Origin: Thermoproteota archaeon
GTDB taxonomy: Archaea > Korarchaeota > Korarchaeia > Korarchaeales > JAOZGB01
Direction of reading: 5' to 3'
Assembly: GCA_037917685.1 (NCBI GenBank)
Contig: JAVCBU010000012.1
Span: 128,001 to 192,000 of the forward strand
DNA: 64,000 nucleotides
Positions 52,601 through 60,882 of this stretch are shown in pieces. The notes beneath the pieces were generated by a model. The model had not been told where the DNA came from. It ran no database searches and saw only the letters and a list, made by a program, of their open reading frames with translations. The position numbers and the translations under genes are program-made. The number at the start of each line of letters is the position of its first letter. Within the stretch, counting starts at the first letter, position 1.

Positions 52601-52627
52601 GCAACATGCAACTTTCGCCTCGATAAA

Positions 52628-52680
52628 ACTTTAAGGGGGAGGTAAATGTCCAGGGGGCACTTTTAAGGGGGAGTAAATGT
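52628..52680. repeat. Imperfect 22-bp direct repeat with G-string
   Basis: ACTTTAAGGGGGAGGTAAATGT and ACTTTTAAGGGGGAGTAAATGT; partial third copy ACTTTAAGGTGG at 52762. Confidence 0.8.
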
Positions 52681-52841
52681 TCTATTTAGAATGTAACTGT
52701 TATGATAATACCATATTATGGTTTCTACCTTATCTCATGTGTGAATTAGACATGTAAACTTACTTTAAGGTGGTCTCTCTACGTATGAATTATCCTGTTA
52801 AATATTTCTTGAAGTTACGTGCGGCAATTAATAGATGTTAA

Positions 52842-53465
52842 ATGTTCGTTCAGGCTCTCACCATAAGCTACACACACCTATCTACCGGCTTCGAGAGACT
52901 TGACAGGCTCCTTGGCGGTGGTTTAGACCCAGCCTTGACCGTGTTTAACGGGTGTAGGAAGACTGTTCTTAGGCTTGGGCATTACATCGCCGTGTCAGCC
53001 TTGTCCTCCCAGAGAGAGGTTTACTACGTCTGTTGTAATAATGGCTTTGACCCATATTTGATCGGGGAGATTTCAGAGTGGGCTGGGCTTGACGCTTTAG
53101 ATACACTTTCAAGAATATTTATTGCGAGGGCTTTCAACAGGTACCAGTTTAGGGACATAATTGGGAGAGAGATGGAATGCGGCCTTATCATCCTGGAATC
53201 CCCTTTTACCGTAGACAGAGAGGCATGGCGTCTAATCCCAAAGATGATTAATTCGACACCTATAGTAGTTTTAAATCATGCTGGAACCTGTATCCATGGA
53301 TATAACAACCTGCCTGGCGTGGTTGTTCAGGTTAAGGGTTTAACCAGGGATCTTTGCGAAGCCTCACTGGTGAGACACCCGTCAATGCCGGAGTCATGTA
53401 CGGTCTTTAGTTTTAGCAGCTTTATGACTTATGAAAGGCATGCCATAATCCCTGATTACTGGTGA
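52842..53465 (+). CDS. Degenerate RadA/RecA-like protein of the PolB2 operon
   Basis: STGFERLDRLLGGG, NGFDPY, IFIARAFNRYQ; no Walker A lysine. Confidence 0.8.
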   Translation: MFVQALTISYTHLSTGFERLDRLLGGGLDPALTVFNGCRKTVLRLGHYIAVSALSSQREVYYVCCNNGFDPYLIGEISEWAGLDALDTLSRIFIARAFNRYQFRDIIGREMECGLIILESPFTVDREAWRLIPKMINSTPIVVLNHAGTCIHGYNNLPGVVVQVKGLTRDLCEASLVRHPSMPESCTVFSFSSFMTYERHAIIPDYW

Positions 53466-53469
53466 TTTT

Positions 53470-53721
53470 ATGGGGAGAACCGTGCCCACTTTTAGGAGGA
53501 AACTTGTAGAGGAGATTGAAACATGGAGGGCTATGGCTAGGGCTTTAAAGAGTAAGGATGATACTGAGGCTTTTAACCAGATAGTGAGGAAGGCGTTGGA
53601 GCTGTCAGACTCGGCTGGGCTTTTGTGTAAGCCTAGGCCGGCCGAGGCAGCTCTTATAGCTATATGTGTGGCGCTACAAAGGGAGATTAACGATATTAAG
53701 AGAGAGATCAAGGGTGGATAG
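53470..53721 (+). CDS. Small PolB2-associated protein (arCOG07300-like)
   Basis: MGRTVPTFR...W...RAL...D..AF; lies between the RadA-like gene and polB2. Confidence 0.8.
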   Translation: MGRTVPTFRRKLVEEIETWRAMARALKSKDDTEAFNQIVRKALELSDSAGLLCKPRPAEAALIAICVALQREINDIKREIKGG

Positions 53722-55662
53722 ATGGTTGAGGGTTACTTACTTGATCTCTACCCGGATGGTCCATGGATGGTTTTATGGGTGAAGGTTGGAGGTGAAACGA
53801 GGGTTTTTAGGCATAGGTTTACCCTGCCATTTTACATATTACCTGGAAGGCTTGAACTTGAGGAGGCTACCAGTATAATTAGGGGTGACACGTATGTTGA
53901 AGGTGTATCTGTAGAGGAGTGGCAGGTTGGGCTTAAGGGCTGTGTTAGGGAGGTTATTAGGGTTGATGTTTCGGAGGTAAAATATGCGCGTAGGCTTATC
54001 TCTAGGTTTAGATATTTCGACCCTGAAGCTGAATACTACTATTATGATGTTCCTGTAGACGTCTATTACCTCTATGTTCACGGTGTGATGCCAGCCTCGA
54101 AAATCCTTGTGGAGGATTCGAACGGTGTAGTTAAAGCTATAAGACAGGTTGAGGATGACCGTGTGGACTATGATCCTCCCCCATTCACCATTTTACAGGC
54201 TGTAGACAGGGATATTGAGCGTTTAATAGGCGGTTTGGATCCTGACATTATCGTTGCCCCGGCATCCGTGGTTTACGGTTTGAGGGGGGTTTGTAGAGAT
54301 GAATTTAGAAGTCCTAGAGTTTTTAGAGGATATGTCCGGGTTTATGGTAGGGTGTTTGTTGATCCTGGTCTGGCTTTGCCTGTCGGATTGCATGGTTTGT
54401 ACGAGCTTTCGAGGGTATCTATGTTGCCCCTGTCCAGGGCTGCTTCATCCAAGCTAGGGGCTTTCATTAATAGTGCTGAGATGTATGAGGCTTATAAGAG
54501 GAAAATACTTGTACCAAGGCAAGCCGGTATAGGTGAGCAGTTTAGAAACGGGCTAAGCTTGATGAAATGCGACAGGGGAGGCTTACATCTCCAGTGCAAG
54601 CCTGGTGTATATTGGATGGTTGCTGAGTATGACTATGTGAGCCTGTATCCAAGTATAATGGCTAAGATGAATATTTCTCCTGAGACTGTAAACTGTGAGT
54701 GCTGCAGAAAAGACGCCCCCAGGGTTCCGGGCCTAGAATACTGGGTGTGCACTAGAAGGAGAGGGCTTGTCTCAACGGTTGTTTCCAGGCTCCTTGAAAG
54801 GAGGAGGAAGCTGAGGCTGATTTTAGACAGGGCATACTACTATAGGATGAGGGATTCTGCTTTAAAATGGATGCTATGTGCATGTTTTGGGTATTTGGGG
54901 TATAAGAAAGCTAGGTTTGGACGTGTTGAGGGACACCAGTGTATTTCCGCCTATGCTAGAGAGGTCATGCTCCGCTCAGTTGAGGTTGCAAGGAGTAAGG
55001 GGCTAAGAGTTATCTACGGAGTTGTAGACTCAGTCTTCGTGGAGGGGGGTGATGTCGAGCTGTACAAGAAATTACCGAGAGAACTAGAGTTGGCTACTGG
55101 CTTTGAGGTGAGGCTTGAAAACATTTATAGGTGGATAGTTTTCCTCGAGTCCAAAAGAACCAGAGGAATCAGCGCACTTTCGAGATACTATGGTAAAACT
55201 TTAGACGGGAGAGTTAAGGTTCGCGGAATAGAACTCAGAAGCAGGAGTACTCCTAGAATTGTCAAAAGACTACAACAGAACATTATTAAAGTTCTCAGTA
55301 GCGCTGATACACCGCGAGAGCTTTACATGAAGAGTTATGAATGCCTCAAGGTTATTGAAAAGTGGGTTAGTATTATTGAGGAGGGTAAGGTCAAAAATGA
55401 GGAGTTAGCTTTCAGAGTTAGGCTTTCCAAAGAGAGCTATGTGTCCATGCAACCCTATTATAAGGCAGCTTTAAAACTTAGGGAGGAAGGGTTTAGGGTT
55501 AGACTTGGCCAGGATGTGGAGTACATCTTTTCCCCGTCCGGCCCTATACCCTTGAAGCTGGCCGATGAAGGATGGTATGACAGGAAATACTATGCTAGGC
55601 TTGCCGCGGAGTCAGCTCAACAATTGGTTAGGCCGATCTTAATGTTAAACAGTAAGCTTTAA
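53722..55662 (+). CDS. polB2: Family B DNA polymerase PolB2 (Dpo2-like)
   Basis: DYVSLYPSIM..MNISPET..C.CC, ALKW...FGYLG, altered motif C YGVVDS, KVRGIE; exonuclease domain eroded. Confidence 0.9.
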   Translation: MVEGYLLDLYPDGPWMVLWVKVGGETRVFRHRFTLPFYILPGRLELEEATSIIRGDTYVEGVSVEEWQVGLKGCVREVIRVDVSEVKYARRLISRFRYFDPEAEYYYYDVPVDVYYLYVHGVMPASKILVEDSNGVVKAIRQVEDDRVDYDPPPFTILQAVDRDIERLIGGLDPDIIVAPASVVYGLRGVCRDEFRSPRVFRGYVRVYGRVFVDPGLALPVGLHGLYELSRVSMLPLSRAASSKLGAFINSAEMYEAYKRKILVPRQAGIGEQFRNGLSLMKCDRGGLHLQCKPGVYWMVAEYDYVSLYPSIMAKMNISPETVNCECCRKDAPRVPGLEYWVCTRRRGLVSTVVSRLLERRRKLRLILDRAYYYRMRDSALKWMLCACFGYLGYKKARFGRVEGHQCISAYAREVMLRSVEVARSKGLRVIYGVVDSVFVEGGDVELYKKLPRELELATGFEVRLENIYRWIVFLESKRTRGISALSRYYGKTLDGRVKVRGIELRSRSTPRIVKRLQQNIIKVLSSADTPRELYMKSYECLKVIEKWVSIIEEGKVKNEELAFRVRLSKESYVSMQPYYKAALKLREEGFRVRLGQDVEYIFSPSGPIPLKLADEGWYDRKYYARLAAESAQQLVRPILMLNSKL

Positions 55663-55688
55663 TTTTAGGATGGCTTCGCTTTCTTACC

Positions 55689-56816
55689 TTGAGATGTATA
55701 CCTTTCCTTGTTATAAGAGAGGGATGGCCGGGTGGAGAGGTTGAATCAGCTGCTGCTTTTTCGCTGATAGCCGCTCATAGAAGGGGAAAATTTTTCAAGG
55801 AGAAGGTCAAGCTCATTTCTAAGCTTTATCTTACCTTGAGAGGTGTGGTTTCGGGAGAGTTGAATGCTCTATTCGATTCGTCTGGAACCTACGTCTATAA
55901 AGTCTGGGTGGGATCACCTGAGAGAGTGCTGGAGGCTGAAACAATTGTTTCAAAGCCCGACGTGGATGTTTATAGCATGAGTTCCATGTTGAGTAAAGCC
56001 CTGAGAATCGTCAAGGAAAGTATGCGGAGCATATCTTGTTTAGGGATGCTTCCAATAGGGTGCTGGAAATGGATAACTGAAGAAAGGATATTAGATGCGG
56101 ATAGCCCTCTCGGAACCCTTATACCAGAGGGGCTGCCATATGAGGCAGCACGCTCAAGCCTTGAAAAATTTTCGGAGAAGGTTAGAAAACTCGGAGAGGA
56201 GATCCCATTCTTACGTGGGGCTCTTGCAACGTTACACTCGGTTAAGGTTGCATGGAATAGTAGAATCGACAATGAACTTGAGACATTAGACTCGTTGTAC
56301 AGGAGGAAACCTGACGAAAAGGTTAGAGCAAAGATGGAGATTTTAAAAAGAGAAAAGAAGGAATCGAACCGTCTTTTCGAGGAATTATTCACAACCATCG
56401 AAAGGATGATTAAAACTCGTGAAAACCTCTTTGTTGATGTTAGACAAGGAGTGACGGACTTTACAATGGTTAGAATTCCCTTTTACATCGCAGCCTTTGA
56501 GTCAGGGGGCCGAGAAAGATTCGTAGTTATTCCGCCTTTACGGGTATACACGCGAGATGAAATTTTGGAGTTAGAGAAGAAACCTAGTGTTATGCTAACG
56601 CACAGACATGAATTTTGCAAAAGTTTAGGAGAAATCATTCACAGGGAACTTTCAGGTAGAGGTGCTCTTAGAACTTGGATAAGACTCAACATGAGTAAAA
56701 TAGAGCTCAGAAGCAGAAGAATTAAAGAAATGGTGATGGAAGGCATGGAGACCCTGCTAAGGCTTGAAATAGTTGACAAGGACATGGAGAGATCCGTTTA
56801 CTCTCTACTTAAATAA
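55689..56816 (+). CDS. Hypothetical protein with central coiled coil
   Basis: 375-aa ORF with typical codon usage; no recognisable catalytic motif. Confidence 0.65.
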   Translation: MRCIPFLVIREGWPGGEVESAAAFSLIAAHRRGKFFKEKVKLISKLYLTLRGVVSGELNALFDSSGTYVYKVWVGSPERVLEAETIVSKPDVDVYSMSSMLSKALRIVKESMRSISCLGMLPIGCWKWITEERILDADSPLGTLIPEGLPYEAARSSLEKFSEKVRKLGEEIPFLRGALATLHSVKVAWNSRIDNELETLDSLYRRKPDEKVRAKMEILKREKKESNRLFEELFTTIERMIKTRENLFVDVRQGVTDFTMVRIPFYIAAFESGGRERFVVIPPLRVYTRDEILELEKKPSVMLTHRHEFCKSLGEIIHRELSGRGALRTWIRLNMSKIELRSRRIKEMVMEGMETLLRLEIVDKDMERSVYSLLK

Positions 56817-57000
56817 CTTTCCCTAACCTTTACTCTCTACTAAATAAATCTTTCCTCATCAAATCTGAATCAAATCTAAGGGATGAAAACCAACTCTCCT
56901 GGGGTTTGAGAGCCTCTTAGGATAGAATATGGTCTCCGCTTGGCACATTACATTTTAAAGATTAAGGTGTTACTGATGCTAGGAAGTATTAGGGTTCAAG

Positions 57001-58209
57001 GTGAAATACTTGGCTGACCTATCCGTGGAAGTTGCAGGTATAAAGTTTAAAAATCCAATATGGACTGCAGCCGGCCCGGTTTCATGGTGTGGAGATATAC
57101 TTAGAAAGGCTGCGGAAAACGGAGCTGGAGGACTTGTGTGTAAGACGATCAGTGTGAGGCCTGCAGATGTCCCGAGGCCAAACATGGCTCTTGTTGACAG
57201 GGGCGGGTCCCCGGTATACTTCAACCTTGCTGTGGATGGCCGGGTTATAAGAGTATCTACCTCCTACGTTAGACTTATAAGAGGAATGCTTAACGCAGAA
57301 CTTTGGAGCGAACTCCCAGCTGAAAGATGGCTTGAAAAAGAGTATAACATTGCGAAGGCGACAGGTTTACCGGTAATTGCCAGCATAGGGTATACAGCCG
57401 AGGAGCTTAAGGAATTAGGACCTAAAGTACAGAGAGCTGGTGTAGACGCGATAGAATTCTCGCTTCACTATCTTGGTGTAGATTATAGACCTATGATAGA
57501 GATAGCGAAAGCCCTCAGAGAGTCTGTGGATATACCAATATTTGCCAAGGTAAGCCCGCACATCGTAAACCTACGGGAGTTTGCAGCTGAACTCGAACGG
57601 GTCGGAGTTAATGGTATAGTAGCTATAAACAGCCTTGGACCCTGTCTATCGATAGATATTGATACGGGAAAGCCGCTGCTGGGAGGAAAAGGGGGCTACG
57701 GCTGGCTTTCAGGGCCTGCAATAAAGCCTCTAGGAATAAGATGCGTTGCCGACATAGCAAGGGCTGTTAATATTCCCGTCATAGGCGTCGGAGGAGTTGC
57801 CTCTGGAAGGGATGCTATGGAATACATCATGGCCGGCGCGTCAGCCGTACAAATCTGCACACAGGGGATCATTGAGGGGCCGAAGGTCTACGGTAGAGTT
57901 GCAAATGAGCTTAAAATGTTAATGGAAGAAAAGGGTTATGAAAGTATTGAGGACTTCAGAGGCATAGCCTTGAAGTACCTGCCGGAAGAACCCGTCAAGA
58001 TGAAGAAATCACCTGTGATCGATGAAGACTCGTGTAGGGCATGTGGACTTTGTGCTGAGTCATGCATGTATGGGGCGGTAAGTCCTATTGGAGATCCGCC
58101 AAGGGCTTACCGTATAAATGAAAACTTATGTGAGAGATGTGGCTTGTGTATGACAATCTGTCCAGTTAAAGCTGTAAAGCCAGGTGAGGAAATATGGCAA
58201 AGCTCCTAG
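57001..58209 (+). CDS. PreA/dihydroorotate dehydrogenase-like FMN protein with C-terminal 2x[4Fe-4S] domain
   Basis: KNPIWTAAGP, KTIS, AKVSP, AINS, GWLSGPAIKP, IGVGGV, AGASAVQ; CRACGLC and CERCGLC. Confidence 0.85.
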   Translation: MKYLADLSVEVAGIKFKNPIWTAAGPVSWCGDILRKAAENGAGGLVCKTISVRPADVPRPNMALVDRGGSPVYFNLAVDGRVIRVSTSYVRLIRGMLNAELWSELPAERWLEKEYNIAKATGLPVIASIGYTAEELKELGPKVQRAGVDAIEFSLHYLGVDYRPMIEIAKALRESVDIPIFAKVSPHIVNLREFAAELERVGVNGIVAINSLGPCLSIDIDTGKPLLGGKGGYGWLSGPAIKPLGIRCVADIARAVNIPVIGVGGVASGRDAMEYIMAGASAVQICTQGIIEGPKVYGRVANELKMLMEEKGYESIEDFRGIALKYLPEEPVKMKKSPVIDEDSCRACGLCAESCMYGAVSPIGDPPRAYRINENLCERCGLCMTICPVKAVKPGEEIWQSS

Positions 58210-58685
58210 TTGTATATCCTCATAGGTGCGCCGGCTGCCGGGTATGCGAGCTGGCATGCGTTGCATGGCATAACAAGTACTTCCAGCCTTCTAAGGCAAG
58301 GATTTACATAGCTAAATACGAAAGGGAAGGAATCGATATACCGATGGTATGCCAGCAATGTGAGAATCCACCCTGCAAACAGGCTTGTCCGACTGGTGCC
58401 ATTAGGCAGGACCCGGATCTTAGAAGGGTCGTAGTAGACTACGAGACCTGTATAGGTTGCAGGAGCTGCATGCAAGCCTGCCCATTCGGGGGTGTAACGT
58501 TTGATCCTGGGATAGGAAAAGTGCTAATATGCGATCTCTGCAATGGAAATCCAAGCTGTGTAGAGATATGCCCGACAGAAGCAGTTAAATACGTCGACGA
58601 GAAGGAGATAAGTTCGGAGCAGAGAAGAGAATCTGCTATAAAACTGGCGGCTCTCCTTCAGCACACAGGCTTGAAGGGTGAGTAA
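58194..58685 (+). CDS. 4Fe-4S polyferredoxin subunit
   Basis: CAGCRVCELAC, CQQCENPPC, CIGCRSCMQACP, CDLCNGNPSC. Confidence 0.9.
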   Translation: MAKLLVVYPHRCAGCRVCELACVAWHNKYFQPSKARIYIAKYEREGIDIPMVCQQCENPPCKQACPTGAIRQDPDLRRVVVDYETCIGCRSCMQACPFGGVTFDPGIGKVLICDLCNGNPSCVEICPTEAVKYVDEKEISSEQRRESAIKLAALLQHTGLKGE

Positions 58686-58687
58686 CG

Positions 58688-58969
58688 ATGCCTATGGTTG
58701 AGGTTAGAATGTTCGGAACGCTTCGGGAGATCTCTGGTGTGAAGAGCATAAAAGTGGATGCCGAAACTGTTTGGGATGCGCTCAGAAAGGTTTCAAGGAA
58801 GTTTGGAGATGAATTTGAAAACGAACTCTTTCCGAAGGGTGAACTCACTGACTCCTATGCAGTTTTGTTGAATGGAAAAAATGTGATGTTAAATGAGGGC
58901 TTAAATATGAAAGTTAGATCAGGGGATGTTATAGCCATAATCCCGCCGGTTGGAGGTGGAAAATTATGA
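58688..58969 (+). CDS. MoaD/SAMP1-like ubiquitin-like protein
   Basis: FGTLREISG...VLLNG...GDVIAIIPPVGGGKL. Confidence 0.88.
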   Translation: MPMVEVRMFGTLREISGVKSIKVDAETVWDALRKVSRKFGDEFENELFPKGELTDSYAVLLNGKNVMLNEGLNMKVRSGDVIAIIPPVGGGKL

Positions 58970-60882
58970 AAGGAGGATATATGGGAAGCATACTTAGAAT
59001 AGACCTGACGAGGGGTAAGATACTTAGGGAGAAGCTTGACAAAACTCTCGTTAGAAACTATATAGGTGGAAGCGGCTTCGCAGTTAGGATACTCTACAAC
59101 GAGGTCGCCCCTGAGACAGACCCGTTAAGCCCCGAAAACAAGCTTTTCATAGGTACAGGCCCGTTAACTGGGACATTATGGCCTTCAAGCGGCAGGTTTA
59201 TGTTTGCGGCTAAGTCTCCTCTCACCGGAATATGGGGTGAAAGCCATGTAGGAGGCCAGTTCGGGCCGGAGATAAAATACTGTGGTTATGACGCAATAAT
59301 TATAGAGGGCAGAGCATCAAAGCCTGTTTATATCTTACTATATGATGGAAATGTAGAAATCAGGGATGCAGGCCAGGTATGGGGCTTGAACACCCATGAC
59401 ACAACAGATGCATTGAAAGATATGGTAGGAAATAAGGATGCCGCTGTCGCATGTATCGGCCCTGCAGGCGAAAAAATGGTGAGGTATGCAAATATAATTG
59501 TAAGCTATGGAGATGCAGCTGGTAGAACGGGAATGGGAGCTGTGATGGGGTCCAAGAATTTAAAAGCAATAGTTGCAAAGGGATATCACAGTGTCAATGT
59601 TAACGACCCCGAGAGATTTATAGAGTTGGCTAAAGAGGCGCATAAAAGAATTAAAGATCACCCGCAGGCTCAGCAGCTTGGAAGATACGGTACACCACTA
59701 TTAGTCTCTGTGAAGCAAGCAATCGGTGAACTGCCGACTAAGAATCACTGGACAGGAGTTTTCAGCGAGTATGAGAAGATATGTGAAGAGACTATTTATA
59801 AGAACTACTTTGTAGCTAAAAAAGGATGCTTCGGATGTACAGTCACATGCAAAAAGTTTAACGATAGAGTACCGTCAGGCCCATACAAGGGTGTTGCCAC
59901 ACAGGGGCCTGAATATGAAACAATTATGGCATTCGGCTCTAACATATTAAACTCGAACTTTCCATTTATACTTCAATGCAACTTGCTGTGCAATCAGCTG
60001 GGGCTGGATACTATCTCAACAGGCGGTGTTATAGCTTACGTCATGGAACTATATGAAAATGGAATAATTAACGCTTCAGACTTAGACGGGGTGAAGGCTG
60101 AATGGGGAAACGAGGAGGCCGTGCTAACATTGCTCGAGAAGATCGCGAAGAGGGATGGAATTGGAGATAAGCTTGCAATGGGTGTAAGATGGCTTTCAGA
60201 GGAATACTGGAAGGGAACAGAGAAGTATGCTATGCACGTAAAGGGCCTCGAAGTTTCAGGTCAAGATGGCAGAACCCATAGATCTATAGGGTTAAGCCAT
60301 GCAACAGCTGCGAGAGGGGCTGACCATTTAAGAAGTCTTGTCACGATAGACCAGCTGGGATATGAGGAGGTTGCAGCTGAAAGATTTGGAAAGGACAAAC
60401 TCCCAGATATATGCGACCCCAAATCTGAGACGTATAAAGCGTTGGCGGTTAAAGTTACCGAGGACGTGTACGCTCTTAGAGATGCTTTAATAGTCTGTTG
60501 GTATACTGTAAGCTGGCCTCCGATATTCTGGGTTGAGGATTTCGCTAAAATATTGCCTGCGGCTACCGGATTAGAAGAGTTTGGAAGCATTGAAGAGCTG
60601 ATGCTGATTGGTGAGAGACAGGTAAATATGAAAAGAGCCTTTAATGTGAGGCTTGGCGTTACAAGAGAGGATGACACGCTCCCGGAGAGATTTACCAAGG
60701 AACCGATGCCCGAGGGCCCTGGGAAGGGAGAAACAGTAAACCTTGATAAGATGCTAAATGAGTACTATGAACTCAGGGGATGGGATTTGGAAACCGGGCT
60801 AGTAAAGGGGGAAACTCTTAGGAGGCTGGGTCTAACCGACGTATTAGAAGACCTAAGGAGTAGAAGTCTTATTCCAGGGTGA
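58966..60882 (+). CDS. aor: Tungsten aldehyde:ferredoxin oxidoreductase family protein
   Basis: KSPLTG, GRTGMGAVMGSKNLKAI, CFGCTVTC, GPEYE, GLDTIS, RGADH. Confidence 0.92.
   Translation: MKGGYMGSILRIDLTRGKILREKLDKTLVRNYIGGSGFAVRILYNEVAPETDPLSPENKLFIGTGPLTGTLWPSSGRFMFAAKSPLTGIWGESHVGGQFGPEIKYCGYDAIIIEGRASKPVYILLYDGNVEIRDAGQVWGLNTHDTTDALKDMVGNKDAAVACIGPAGEKMVRYANIIVSYGDAAGRTGMGAVMGSKNLKAIVAKGYHSVNVNDPERFIELAKEAHKRIKDHPQAQQLGRYGTPLLVSVKQAIGELPTKNHWTGVFSEYEKICEETIYKNYFVAKKGCFGCTVTCKKFNDRVPSGPYKGVATQGPEYETIMAFGSNILNSNFPFILQCNLLCNQLGLDTISTGGVIAYVMELYENGIINASDLDGVKAEWGNEEAVLTLLEKIAKRDGIGDKLAMGVRWLSEEYWKGTEKYAMHVKGLEVSGQDGRTHRSIGLSHATAARGADHLRSLVTIDQLGYEEVAAERFGKDKLPDICDPKSETYKALAVKVTEDVYALRDALIVCWYTVSWPPIFWVEDFAKILPAATGLEEFGSIEELMLIGERQVNMKRAFNVRLGVTREDDTLPERFTKEPMPEGPGKGETVNLDKMLNEYYELRGWDLETGLVKGETLRRLGLTDVLEDLRSRSLIPG

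Noticed and set aside
56875-56950. Moco/tungsten-cofactor riboswitch or C/D sRNA upstream of the WOR operon
   Set aside because: Lacks the multi-stem Moco architecture and a terminal CUGA D box
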